Part shown: positions 9,901 to 19,172 of the stretch, piece after piece
Position numbering within the stretch: position 1 is the stretch's first letter
Layout: each line of letters opens with the position of its first letter
Virus record (IMG/VR): IMGVR_UViG_3300047322_000608
Location: 1-64,000 of that record
From: a virus
DNA length: 64,000 bases
Direction: 5' to 3' (one strand)
Program-made: the position numbers and the translations under genes
Notes under the pieces: model-generated
What the model was told of the DNA's origin: nothing
The model's database searches: none
Seen by the model: the letters and a program-made list of their open reading frames with translations, nothing else

Positions 9901-12900
9901 GCAGCCATGGACCCAGCTTGGCGAACCATTGATCGGCTGCAACCTCCCGGTCAACTCCCTCTGCCGGTTTGCCGCGCTCAAGAAATCCTAGAACGGAATT
10001 GAGGAGGTTCTTCTCAAACCATTCCGACGTCACCTTCTTCCGCTGCCACCAGCTCTGCCCTTTGTTCAGCACATCCTGGACGTTGGCCAGCAGCCGGGAG
10101 TTTTTGTAGCCGAAATCCTTGTCGGCCTGGTTGCGGTAATTGTTCGTGGACCCGGCAAACTTATTCATGCCCTGCTCGATCAGGCCAGAGGAAGGCGTTC
10201 CTAACGCTCCAACCTTCTTTCCGTCCGCTCCGAGGACCAGGCCGGTAACGGTGTGATCGGTCTCCCGCATCATCGGATCGTAGAGCTTATTCTTCATGAT
10301 CTCGTTCACCTGCCGCTTGACGCGCTGGTAATCCGAGCCCATGGCCGTCTCGTCTCCGTTCTGAGCAGCCTCTTCCCGCAGCTTCAACCAGGCTGCCATC
10401 TGGCCTACAGAGGATTTGAGCTGATCCGGGGTGGTTACAGGACCAGAGATAGCCTTGAAGTTGAGCGTCCGTTCGTCCCATTTCGGGTGTGCATCCATCG
10501 TGGTCGGCACACGGATCTTCATCCCGTCTGTGAACACGGAATCTTCGGTCTGCTTGATCTTGGCGACCAGCTTCTGGATCTGGTTCTCGTAGATCGGCAT
10601 TGCCGCATCTCCCGCGGCGATCACCTTATCCGTGTGTTCGGCGGCCCGGTTGGCGCGCGTTATCATTCGCAGCGCCTTCCGATTCTCGAGCTTGGCCGCC
10701 TCTTCCAGCTTCGACGCCTTAGCCACACTCCGGATGCCAGCCAGGATCTGTTCGTTGGTCTCCTTGCGTTGGTCCCGAAGTTCCTGTTCCAGCGCAGCCC
10801 GATCAGTTCCAGACGCCATCTTGCGCACCTGGAGCATGGCCAGCTCACGCTGGTTCAGCTTTCCGAAGGCAACGACTGTGGCGAGCAGTGCCTTGGCATC
10901 CGGGCTATCCGCTGCGAGCTGCGCGTAACGGTGCAAAGTTGGGTCCATCTCGGAAGCGTGACGGATGTAAGCCCGGATCTCCGATGCCGGCCGGGTGAAG
11001 TCAATGCTCGGATCACTCGCCATCTGGTCCAGGAAATTGAAGAGCTTCTCCCCTTGAAGTGCATCCCCGGTGTAAAGGCGGCGCATGGCGGCAACGGTAT
11101 CCCGATCGATCGGCTGCCCAATCTTCCCTTCGATGTCTTGATACTGCTGGAACGCCACGCCCAACGATTTACCGACTCGCTCCAGGTCACGGATGTCTTC
11201 GTAGAGCAGCTTCTTTACGCCCTTCTTGATCAATCCGGACATGAACTCGGCGTCTTTGAAATTGTCCAGGATAACCTGGTGCTCAGTCAGGAGCCGCTGC
11301 TGATTGGCTTTGACCCGCGGCTCCATCTCTTTGGCCTTGGTTAACCCTCGGCCAACCGTTGACATCTCTCGCTCAAGCGCTGAGGCAGTTCCCACATTTA
11401 CGTAATCAAGGTTCTCTGGGTGGGTTAGGGCATCTTTGTTTTGGCGTGGCTTGAACCCGACGATGCCTTTGACCTGGGCCTCGTTGATCTGTCTTTCCCG
11501 AACTGTCTCCGTGTTGTGCAGACCGAACAAGGTGCGAAATCCTTTGAGCGTTAATCCTCCAGCCACCGCGGCCGATGTCCTCACAAATTCGATCCAGGTA
11601 TTTATCGCAGCCTCGTTGTTCATCCGGATCGACGGATCAACCTTTGGAAGTGGCGCATTTGTTCCAGCCGGAAGCAGGAACTCCAGTGGATCGTTTCGCT
11701 GTATGTTGAGCATCGCCGCCTCGACTGAGTCCTGAACGAGCGGCGCGCGGTCAATCTCGCCTGTCACCGGATTGTAGGTCTCAGCCAGATCCTTCGATCC
11801 GATCGATGGCGTGTGCCATTGCATCGTTCGGGCTGTCTCGGGGATCTGAACGCGAGCCGGTTTGTACGTCCCCGAAATCTTGCGGCCGACCCCGATTACG
11901 TCGTCCAGCAAAGTCGGGTCCTTAATCCCGATCATCTTGGCGACCCATTCCAGGAACCTGGTCCACATGGTTTTGTTGACGCCTGTGGACTTGATCGATC
12001 TCAGGAAGTTCTGGAATTGGGGGTTGGAGAACGCTTCCGCAATGAACTCGGCGTGGTTGGTCAGGCCGTACTGATTTGTCACACCCTGCTTGTCAGCCTG
12101 CTCTTTCGCAAATTCGTAAAGGAAGGTCAGCTCTCCTCGGTTCCGGCCGGTCTCCAAGTTGAAGACCGTGTTCCCGTGGACGTATTCATGGAGGAACGTC
12201 CGCAATGAACTGCCGTCTGCGAAAGCCGGCTCGTAGACGTTCGCGGTATGGGTCAGGGGATCGTAGCGTCCAGCCGACTCCCTGCCGTCTTCCCCTCTGT
12301 GTTCGCCGCCGACCGACAACCTGGTGCCGTGATCGCCGAGAGCTATCAGGTCATTAACGATCTTGCTGTCACCGAAGAGGCCAAGCTTGTTGAGCGCAAC
12401 GAGTGCCTCGAACGCATTCTTGGATTTAGAGAGGACATCTCGGACAATGCCTTGGAATCGCGGGGATGTGTCCTGGTCTCGGCCAATGTCCGTCGTGGCG
12501 AGATGACCCTCTTCGCCAGCCGCCCCGCCGCCTACGCCTTCATCCGAACCTGGCGTTGGTTCTTGCGGTAGGGCGATTTCAGCACCTGTCGATGAAGGTT
12601 CAGCCACCCCTTCGCGCTCTCCGCGTCCATGCTCCCCAGCCAGCTTTTGAAGCTCGTCGACAAACCGAGATCGGAGTTGGCCTTGAGTAATCTCGGGATT
12701 GTTTGTGAACTCTTCATGTACGTTATTGTAAGCGCGGAACAGAGACCTGTAAAACTTGTCCAGTTTATCTTCTTTGATGTCGGCAACGGCCTTGGCCACG
12801 TCCGGGTTATTCTTGATCGTCTCCGACAATCCTTTGACGACCTCTGCGTGCCGGTCTTTGGGAGCCGTATCCAGATCCCAGGATAGTTCGTCGGCAATCG

Positions 12901-15757
12901 GCTGGGTCCTAGATTTCGAGATCCAGTTAGCTCCTCCTTCAAGGCGCTGCTCTTTCTGGATCGATCCCAGCTTTGCTTCGGCCGCTTCTGCGACTGGAAG
13001 CGGAGCAACTTCCCTCACGGACTGGCTGCCAGCATCAGCCTTCGCTTCCAACTGCGGTTTGATCTTGGCCCATTCTTCCGGAGTGTATTCGTGAAAGACC
13101 TTGGACTGCTTTGCCTCTCCCGTGCGGATCACGCCCAACGGTTTCCAACCCTCCTTGATCAGCGACTCGTAGCTCTTGGCCGCAATCGCACTGGCCTGCA
13201 CCCTGTTAACGCGCGGCTTGCCAGTCTGCTTGAGCGTGCCGACAACAATCTTCCCGTCCGGCCGGCGAAAGACTCCCAGGCTGTTGGTGGATTCGTAGCT
13301 GTTACCTTCCTTTTCAATGGCGGATTCACCGGGACGCCCGAACAACCCAACCTCTTCTTTGCCAGCAACCGGTTCAAACCAGGCGTTGTAGGATTCTGGG
13401 ACCTTGGAAAGCCAATCGGAGGAAGCAGGTGTTTCAGATTTCTTTAACGTCGGATAGTCAGCCAGCACGTTATCGGGAACAGCCTTCCCTTCGGCGAGCG
13501 CGTCTCTGACAATCTCTCTGTGGTTCTCGCGGGTCCGGTGTTCAGCGTCGGCCGTAAAAACTCCTCCGCCAGATTCAATCATCCGCTTGTTCTGAGCAAC
13601 GACTTCGGCTTGCGTTTTCTCCCAAGGAGCCTTCGTGGAAGGCGCGGCCCCTGCTTCGACCTGGGCAGGAGCCGCTGGGGTGGGTGGTTTAACTTCCGTC
13701 GTCGCGGCCTTTTCGACTGGCACCTTCCTTTCTGCCGCAGGTTTCTCAGACAAAGCTTTGGCACGCGCACGAGCCACGGCCGCATCAACCGGACTGGCTT
13801 CCGCAGTTGGCGCTTCTACCGTTGCCGTTCCGGTAGTGAGTGCATCGGCGTCGATGCCGATCGTCTTGAGCGCGGCCTTATTCTCGGGGCTCAGCTCGAC
13901 CGCTGCTTGCTGTAAGCGATCGCCAGCGCCTGCTTGAGCGCCTTTTTCTTTGAGCTTGGCTTGCTCTTCCCGATCTTGTGCCTCTTTTTGTAGCTGTGCA
14001 TTATCTCCGACACGTTGCTGCTGAACGTCGCTCGGCTCTTCCCTTTTTTGAGTGGCATCTTCGACTCCTTCCCTGATGAATTTGTATTGTTCTTTCTGGC
14101 CGGCCGGAAGCTGCTGGATGTACTGCCGATCCGCGTCGGTCATGGTTCCGGCGACTTCCTTGTTCGCGATCTCCAGAAGGACCAGCTTCTGTTCCGCGGT
14201 CACCTTCCCGTAGGTCTCGGCTACGTGCGTATCCGGAGCGCCCCAGGCTGCATTCCGCAACTCTCTGGCTTGTTCCCGGGACAGCTCGGACTTGGGGAAC
14301 AGTTCCTGGATCTCGCGCACGGTCTTGGCTTCGTTCCTGCGAATCTCCTCCACCACGGTCAGGCGCTCTTCTTCGGGCGTTGCAGGGACAGCAACGTTCT
14401 TCGACTCCCGCTTCAACTCCGCTGTGGCCTTGGTCTGCGCTTCCAGGAGTAATCGCCTGGAGTCCATGACGGCCTGCTGGGTTTTGGAGATCGGCGCGGT
14501 CGGGAAAGGTTCAGGCGGCGCGCCAGGTGTTGGCGCGGCCGGTTGATCCGGCGCTGGAGGCGGAGGTGGGGTTTGGTCCGCTGCGGCTGATTCGGCAGGC
14601 CCAGCGGGGGGAGTTGGTTCTGCCGGAGTTGGCAACCAATCCTTCGTGGGCCCACCTCGCAGGGCTGTAATCGCCGCAGCAGGCATGCCCGCCAGAATCC
14701 CGGTAGCCGTAGCATTTAGTAATCGGCTCCATTCGTCCTTTGTGAACTCGGTATCCCGCTTCTTGGGATCGGCATACCGCTCGCCCAGAATGTTGAAGAA
14801 CTCCATGGCGCCCATCCCAGAACCAGCGACGAGCAATTCCTTGGGCACCGTCACAGCCTTGGAATCGATCCAGGTCCGAACCGCCTCCGTGGAAGCCTTC
14901 TCGCCGAAGATGCCCTTGAGTATCCGCTCGGGGATTACAGCGCCAATGGATGCGCCTGCGCCTGAGATTAAGGCCCCTACCTTCGCATCCTCTGGCGTGA
15001 CACCTTCCTGTCCGGAAAGCTCGCCATATGCCCCGCCAGCCCCCAATGCGCCGAAGTTAGCCATGGAAGCGCCAATGCTCGCCATGTGACCGGCTGCGTC
15101 CTTGACGACTTTGGCGACCGGCTTGGAAAGAGCGCTTTCCATGACCTTTCCGGCCGCGAAATCTTCCAGCTCCTTCCGCTCCACCGCAGTTAAGGTTCCC
15201 TCGATTACCTTTCGCAAGGCACTTCGGGCCGCCGCCTGGCCAAAGAAGGTCGCAGCTCCGGCTTCCGTGCCGGGCCCGGGCGCCATCGCCGTGCCAGCCG
15301 CGGCGAACGTGAGCGCTTCGCCAACATTCGGGATCAACTCGCCAACCTTTCCAGCCACGTATTGACCGGCTGCAGGGAAGCTGGTCATCGCCTGCTGGAT
15401 TGTGGGGACGCTCGCAGGAGCTTCTTCGGCTGTCTGCTTGAGCTTGCGCTTGTACAAGTCCAGGTAGAATTCCTTGGCTCCTTGAGCACCCAGCGTGTCG
15501 GAAGCCAAAGCCAAGGCTCCGGCACCAGAAGCTTCCATGCCCAGGACGCCGCGGCTAAATCCGCGTCCGAGCTGCTCGGTCATGGACGATTGCTGGACCG
15601 CTTGCTGTTGCTGGACCTTCTGCCAGTCAGCCAGGAAATCAGGGAAGGCCGATAGCGCTTCGGGTTTGTACCGCTCGGCAAATCCCCGCATCACCTCTTC
15701 GTCCGGTGTGGTGTCTCCCGGATTATTCTCCCGATAGAATTGGACGAGCGTGTTCAG
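6956..15757 (-). CDS. giant internal virion/ejection (large polyvalent) protein with zincin metallopeptidase domain
   Basis: ~2930 aa; LHEYVH...EFIAEAFSNPQFQNFL...WTRFLEWVAKMIG zincin motif; third gene of the ejection-protein trio; frame is open upstream of the track start (15694) to a CTG at 15757 overlapping the upstream TGA. Confidence 0.8.
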   Translation of the reverse strand: MNTLVQFYRENNPGDTTPDEEVMRGFAERYKPEALSAFPDFLADWQKVQQQQAVQQSSMTEQLGRGFSRGVLGMEASGAGALALASDTLGAQGAKEFYLDLYKRKLKQTAEEAPASVPTIQQAMTSFPAAGQYVAGKVGELIPNVGEALTFAAAGTAMAPGPGTEAGAATFFGQAAARSALRKVIEGTLTAVERKELEDFAAGKVMESALSKPVAKVVKDAAGHMASIGASMANFGALGAGGAYGELSGQEGVTPEDAKVGALISGAGASIGAVIPERILKGIFGEKASTEAVRTWIDSKAVTVPKELLVAGSGMGAMEFFNILGERYADPKKRDTEFTKDEWSRLLNATATGILAGMPAAAITALRGGPTKDWLPTPAEPTPPAGPAESAAADQTPPPPPAPDQPAAPTPGAPPEPFPTAPISKTQQAVMDSRRLLLEAQTKATAELKRESKNVAVPATPEEERLTVVEEIRRNEAKTVREIQELFPKSELSREQARELRNAAWGAPDTHVAETYGKVTAEQKLVLLEIANKEVAGTMTDADRQYIQQLPAGQKEQYKFIREGVEDATQKREEPSDVQQQRVGDNAQLQKEAQDREEQAKLKEKGAQAGAGDRLQQAAVELSPENKAALKTIGIDADALTTGTATVEAPTAEASPVDAAVARARAKALSEKPAAERKVPVEKAATTEVKPPTPAAPAQVEAGAAPSTKAPWEKTQAEVVAQNKRMIESGGGVFTADAEHRTRENHREIVRDALAEGKAVPDNVLADYPTLKKSETPASSDWLSKVPESYNAWFEPVAGKEEVGLFGRPGESAIEKEGNSYESTNSLGVFRRPDGKIVVGTLKQTGKPRVNRVQASAIAAKSYESLIKEGWKPLGVIRTGEAKQSKVFHEYTPEEWAKIKPQLEAKADAGSQSVREVAPLPVAEAAEAKLGSIQKEQRLEGGANWISKSRTQPIADELSWDLDTAPKDRHAEVVKGLSETIKNNPDVAKAVADIKEDKLDKFYRSLFRAYNNVHEEFTNNPEITQGQLRSRFVDELQKLAGEHGRGEREGVAEPSSTGAEIALPQEPTPGSDEGVGGGAAGEEGHLATTDIGRDQDTSPRFQGIVRDVLSKSKNAFEALVALNKLGLFGDSKIVNDLIALGDHGTRLSVGGEHRGEDGRESAGRYDPLTHTANVYEPAFADGSSLRTFLHEYVHGNTVFNLETGRNRGELTFLYEFAKEQADKQGVTNQYGLTNHAEFIAEAFSNPQFQNFLRSIKSTGVNKTMWTRFLEWVAKMIGIKDPTLLDDVIGVGRKISGTYKPARVQIPETARTMQWHTPSIGSKDLAETYNPVTGEIDRAPLVQDSVEAAMLNIQRNDPLEFLLPAGTNAPLPKVDPSIRMNNEAAINTWIEFVRTSAAVAGGLTLKGFRTLFGLHNTETVRERQINEAQVKGIVGFKPRQNKDALTHPENLDYVNVGTASALEREMSTVGRGLTKAKEMEPRVKANQQRLLTEHQVILDNFKDAEFMSGLIKKGVKKLLYEDIRDLERVGKSLGVAFQQYQDIEGKIGQPIDRDTVAAMRRLYTGDALQGEKLFNFLDQMASDPSIDFTRPASEIRAYIRHASEMDPTLHRYAQLAADSPDAKALLATVVAFGKLNQRELAMLQVRKMASGTDRAALEQELRDQRKETNEQILAGIRSVAKASKLEEAAKLENRKALRMITRANRAAEHTDKVIAAGDAAMPIYENQIQKLVAKIKQTEDSVFTDGMKIRVPTTMDAHPKWDERTLNFKAISGPVTTPDQLKSSVGQMAAWLKLREEAAQNGDETAMGSDYQRVKRQVNEIMKNKLYDPMMRETDHTVTGLVLGADGKKVGALGTPSSGLIEQGMNKFAGSTNNYRNQADKDFGYKNSRLLANVQDVLNKGQSWWQRKKVTSEWFEKNLLNSVLGFLERGKPAEGVDREVAADQWFAKLGPWLLSHDVVRPLIEDRMPEFMKAMREYVDSAYHSGQWWVHKVEESGLLVQDPKLGGQLRKHIPVGLWTFQRKFSDLYRNMVHTMRLAGWSKDEAAGVPGASEAWKDIGTVYAQDPTKAQALVAKYMTDTVEKDFAYKLTHVPDESVIPTPVLDDSGTTMSADTAEVAKAYDDAGGNLIGMFERLHEAYNGQDSVGNYVQSGLLRMAQVYHEIDNALRKVEPKGATQVADIEGMVPNAMIDARQFQHLPADWFDYHKFDRNDNARMAERVAWQSTFGRGGKAFAGWYQTAQDEAGALVAKLKDALTQAERTVPSGQKKEVDAAAKKILAADTSPMLAQFKTGEDRLRYLRKVEERAPFLDTFLRNLSTYFTRGNQEEGSLRWGIRLSGELASLLVNQPSSAIAQLATTLDIMAQWGLSPTTAKATARTIQMTAKDIGGSLAQGLGWEFLKASQYEKRFLEMGLNDPEVARRFADIFTTLSGEEHNRAARFFRQAKDLQSATLNLVGEKAQYTPLRPLSPFFQTVISANRGLFVALSEMADGYVAKGIEYLRANPGTAKLTAEMLKLKSQDKVSFEKWEADHRRYGLDFTEMAKGALDRMNNGDKTILTNQELERIYSVGLNVISLESNIATMPLWAFNNSLVRFGLPLLGWSYRRALQVAGLRLNNQEQNSLKAASSAMLGMAAVGLGGLGLSLIVDAYSEDVLGKKRNLRGLRVPLSGNDWVGIQERINRIGTFGLWGELLNSAINVGTGQGDNRMLSVDQRVVAMQSFQSIQKAVSAFINQNFDADYQHVVRPMISAIGGGGMLQYMQIANHAFDLDNVENRVVRRINAENYLRVTGRDLGMSIRSGGGGYNTPTPITPWIARMEYAAYANDPAEFREMYLGALEEAKKAGKDNPADYVKRSFETRHPLRYVFAVTPSERDYKQILANLDDQGQAAVSDAVRLFNYYGAHLGLAPFAGSQKKDQQRAANPAAAARARELALSF

Positions 15758-16938
15758 GGGGTTGGGCTAGGCGAGAGCGGAGCCGTAAACTGATTGGTGT
15801 TGTATGGCGGATATGCGGTGGGGAACAAAGCACTGTTCTGCGCAGCCGAATCCTGCAGGAACTTGCGCAGCCTCAAGTTTGAAAGTTCACTGGGATCGGT
15901 GGGAGCAGCCGGAGCGGCGTTGGTCGACGGATAGATCAAGCTGTTGATAAAGTCCGGGCCTTTGTTTATCACCGCGCGACCTGCGTTGATGGCGCCCTGA
16001 GTTAGAAATCCTCCAGGAGTTGCGGTTTCCGGAGCAACGAACGGTGTTGCCGCAGGGGCAATGGGCGGGCCTGCCACAGCGCCATTGACACGCGGGGTTG
16101 GAAGACCGAAGTTCGGTTGCTTGGAAGGCGGGGCTGGCGGGGGAGCGGATGCTTTAGCATAGGCATCCATTGCCTCCGTCTCCACCTTTGGATTGTAAAC
16201 AAACCCATTCTGCAGCGACTTAACTCGGTCTAGAGCCAGTCGATAGTCAGCAGTCGCTCTAGCAAGTTCCGGTTTACTGGCCGCTTCCTTCTCGAATTCC
16301 GTTGTAACAGTGCTCGTTACCTGGTTCATGGCTTGAACGTAGGCTTCGTACTTCGCTTTTTTCCCGGCCGCAAATTGCTTGCGGAATTCCGTCAGCTTGT
16401 CCGGATTATTTCGTATCAGCTCCCGCTCGGCAACGGTCATTTCCTTAGCCACCATAGGATCGTCCGCAATCAATCCTGCCACTCGTGAAGCAAATGCTTT
16501 CGGATCCTGGCCCGTATGCCGGAGAATTCCAGACAAAGCAACTCCAGCCGCCCGATTGGCTTCGATGTAGGTCTTCCCTCGATTGTCGACGTAGGCTTTG
16601 GATGCCGTATCAAAGCTTGCATCACTTGGTAGGTCTGCACCGGTCTCGTTAGCCTTGGCAACCATGGCTCTCCGCTCCTTCTCTTGCTCCTCGTCGCTCT
16701 TGAGCTTGAACTCATCCTTCATCCGCTGCAGCACCATGGCGTTAGCCGCAGCAGCCCGTTGGTTTTCGCCTTCTTCCCGAATCTGTTCGACCTGGCGGGC
16801 CTGGTTCAATCGATCCTTCGCCTGCCGATCTTGCATGGCCAGAGCCAGGGCGCCCTGGCTGTAGTTGGTGACTGGCGAGTAGGCTTGCTGAAAAAGCTGC
16901 GCCAGTTGCGCTTGATCATCAAAAGTTCCGCTTGGCAT
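15754..16938 (-). CDS. internal virion/ejection protein
   Basis: 394 aa, helical Q/A/E-rich; between pilot-like and giant protein, as in podovirus ejectosome order. Confidence 0.6.
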   Translation of the reverse strand: MPSGTFDDQAQLAQLFQQAYSPVTNYSQGALALAMQDRQAKDRLNQARQVEQIREEGENQRAAAANAMVLQRMKDEFKLKSDEEQEKERRAMVAKANETGADLPSDASFDTASKAYVDNRGKTYIEANRAAGVALSGILRHTGQDPKAFASRVAGLIADDPMVAKEMTVAERELIRNNPDKLTEFRKQFAAGKKAKYEAYVQAMNQVTSTVTTEFEKEAASKPELARATADYRLALDRVKSLQNGFVYNPKVETEAMDAYAKASAPPPAPPSKQPNFGLPTPRVNGAVAGPPIAPAATPFVAPETATPGGFLTQGAINAGRAVINKGPDFINSLIYPSTNAAPAAPTDPSELSNLRLRKFLQDSAAQNSALFPTAYPPYNTNQFTAPLSPSPTP

Positions 16939-16941
16939 AAA

Positions 16942-17988
16942 TTAAACGGTGGGTGCAGCCTCGTAATACGAAGAGCCGAACGGATCTGTCGTCTGATTCT
17001 GCAAGTTGTACTGGTCCATCGTGAAAGGAGCGTTCGCCGGTTGATTCATCTGATTGATCAACGCGCGATTGGCGAAGTAATTCCCAAGCGTGCTCGCCCC
17101 GGTCGCTACCCCTTGCCCAACGATCGCGCCAACTCCTGGAACAGGTTGCACGTAAGGCGATCGGAACGGGACATTCGTTTGCTGGTTTAACTTGAACCAG
17201 TTCAGCGGTTGCAACGAGTTGACGTAAGTCGTCCCGGCCGCCGTCGCGGGGAGGGCGCTCATCTGGATGCGGTTACCTGCCTGCGTCAATGGCAAGCTCA
17301 GGTTCTGAAGCCGGGTGTTGATGGCCTGCTGCTTGATTCCGGCCACGTCTGCGGCATTCGCCAGGTCGGCTTCCGCTCCGACCGTCCCTGCCGCTTGCAA
17401 GGCTGGGATGGTTGCGCCGGTCAAAAGGTTCTTTTGGAACGTGCTGCCTCCGCCCGTATAGCCCTGCCGGGCCCGATCAGCCGAAAGCGCATTCAACCTG
17501 GCCTGCAACCCTTCCAGGATGCCTTGCTTCTGCGCGGTCGCGACTGCGCCCCTGGCCTGGAGTACAGGCGCAATGTTAGCTTCCTGTTGCTGCTCGAGTT
17601 GTCCGCTGAACAACTGGTTGACGAGCTGATCACCCGCCACCATCGACGGTTCCAGGCCGGACACGATATTCTGATACCCAGCGATCTGGTCAGCCGGTTT
17701 CCCGAGTGCGGCTTGCTCAGCCAGGTAGGTCGCATACGCCTGGTTCCCGACGTTCTGCTCTACCCCTGCCGAAGTGAACGACGGGTACTGCGGCAGGAGC
17801 GCGCTTCCAGTCGATCCCCTGCTTTCCAGAAACTGTTGGTATTGCAGTGCCCGATCGGAAGCGGCGATGGACGCATTTGTTTTGTTCGCGTCCGCTTGTG
17901 CTTGCGAGCCAAAGTAGCCGGCGATGCCTGTGCCTGCCGCGCCAATGGCCGCTGCGCCGATAATTGCTGCGCCTATGCCGATACCCAT
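16942..17988 (-). CDS. DNA pilot/ejection protein
   Basis: Gly/Ala hydrophobic N-terminus MGIGIGAAIIGAAAIGAAGTGIAGYFGS followed by Q/A-rich helices (P22 gp7 / T7 gp14-type pattern). Confidence 0.7.
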   Translation of the reverse strand: MGIGIGAAIIGAAAIGAAGTGIAGYFGSQAQADANKTNASIAASDRALQYQQFLESRGSTGSALLPQYPSFTSAGVEQNVGNQAYATYLAEQAALGKPADQIAGYQNIVSGLEPSMVAGDQLVNQLFSGQLEQQQEANIAPVLQARGAVATAQKQGILEGLQARLNALSADRARQGYTGGGSTFQKNLLTGATIPALQAAGTVGAEADLANAADVAGIKQQAINTRLQNLSLPLTQAGNRIQMSALPATAAGTTYVNSLQPLNWFKLNQQTNVPFRSPYVQPVPGVGAIVGQGVATGASTLGNYFANRALINQMNQPANAPFTMDQYNLQNQTTDPFGSSYYEAAPTV

Positions 17989-17992
17989 AAAG

Positions 17993-18571
17993 TCATTGTC
18001 CTTTCGTTTCGCCCATGAAGATCTCAGTCCAGGCTGAGAGTCGGCCAGTGATCAGGAGGTAGGGCGCCAATCGTTTTGGCATCTTCAGAATGATCGCAGT
18101 CAGGGCCGTATAAGCGCTCGGGTTGGGGAGAACCTTCACGCCAGCTTCATGCAAGGCCTGGGTGATCTTGGTCATCGTCCAGCGCCGTTCTTCAAAGTGT
18201 TTCATAAGAACCGCGTCGACCGGTTTCCAGATCGGGTCAGCTTCTCCTTCTTCGGTAAAGGACGAGCCCCATCCAGGCACCTTCTGCTTGCGGGAAATGT
18301 AGGAACCAACGATCGATTCGGCCGTGACATCCACGTCCTCGGCCCACTGTAGCAAGGTGTAGGTCTGCTCGATTGGGCCATGCTTCCCGCCAAAGCAAAG
18401 GAGTGCCGCCGCCAGCGAACGGTAGATGTCGCCGCTCCCTTGAGCTGTAGCCGACACCGCAACGGTGCTCGGGCAAGCCCGGTAGCTACTCTGATGATGG
18501 GCCTCGCCAAGCGCGGCCACCAACTCAAGCTCGGCAGGGCTCAGTGGTTCGGTTCTCCAGAACGGTTGCAT
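17993..18571 (-). CDS. citrate synthase/citryl-CoA lyase-like protein, catalytic motifs degenerate
   Basis: ST.AV..TA.G.G....LAAALL.FGGKHGP, KVPGWGS (cf. GFGH), DP, PNPS (cf. PNVD), GRLSAW (cf. R..GW). Confidence 0.7.
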   Translation of the reverse strand: MQPFWRTEPLSPAELELVAALGEAHHQSSYRACPSTVAVSATAQGSGDIYRSLAAALLCFGGKHGPIEQTYTLLQWAEDVDVTAESIVGSYISRKQKVPGWGSSFTEEGEADPIWKPVDAVLMKHFEERRWTMTKITQALHEAGVKVLPNPSAYTALTAIILKMPKRLAPYLLITGRLSAWTEIFMGETKGQ

Positions 18572-19172
18572 GAGATTGATCGATCATCTTTTTGAACGGG
18601 ACAGCCGGGTTGCGGTTGTAACGATTGGCCATGATCTGAGTTACACGAAGGTCGCGCAGCAGACGGTAACGCGGTTCGTTGAACGGTGTGTTGGGCAGGC
18701 AAAAGTCCCAGATCGCGCGGACAATCCCTTCCTTCTCCAGGAAATCGTATGGCACCATCAATTTGCGCGTGTCCGGCAGGTTCTTCCAAAGATGGGATAT
18801 TCCCCAACTGACGTGCCGGAAGGCTTCTCTGAGCGAGTCTTTGGTTACTTCGTCGCAGCCAGGAATGTTCTCCCAGGTCAATGCGTTGAACTCAGACTCC
18901 ACGCACTGTTCCAAGTCCCGGTGGAGGAAAACGATGCGACAGCTCGGAAAGGTCTCCAGGATAGCCTGCGGGACATAGCCGAGGTTGGGGTCGGCATCCC
19001 CGATGTAGCGCATCAACTTCGGGCCGGACATGACCTTCTTGAAATCGGCGATGCTGCCGCAATCGAAGAGCGCTTCGTGCCAGCAGAACGAGTCACCAAA
19101 GCTCAGGAGGTTAGCCAGCCAAGCGGTTCGGCTTCGGGGAAGTCCGGTTAGGAAGAAGTGCTTGCTGGTCAT
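18525..19172 (-). CDS. sulfotransferase-like P-loop protein
   Basis: start MTSKHFFLTGLPRSRTAWLANLL..CWHE; IVFLHRD strand; resembles the sulfotransferase PSB loop. Confidence 0.7.
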   Translation of the reverse strand: MTSKHFFLTGLPRSRTAWLANLLSFGDSFCWHEALFDCGSIADFKKVMSGPKLMRYIGDADPNLGYVPQAILETFPSCRIVFLHRDLEQCVESEFNALTWENIPGCDEVTKDSLREAFRHVSWGISHLWKNLPDTRKLMVPYDFLEKEGIVRAIWDFCLPNTPFNEPRYRLLRDLRVTQIMANRYNRNPAVPFKKMIDQSHATVLENRTTEPCRA

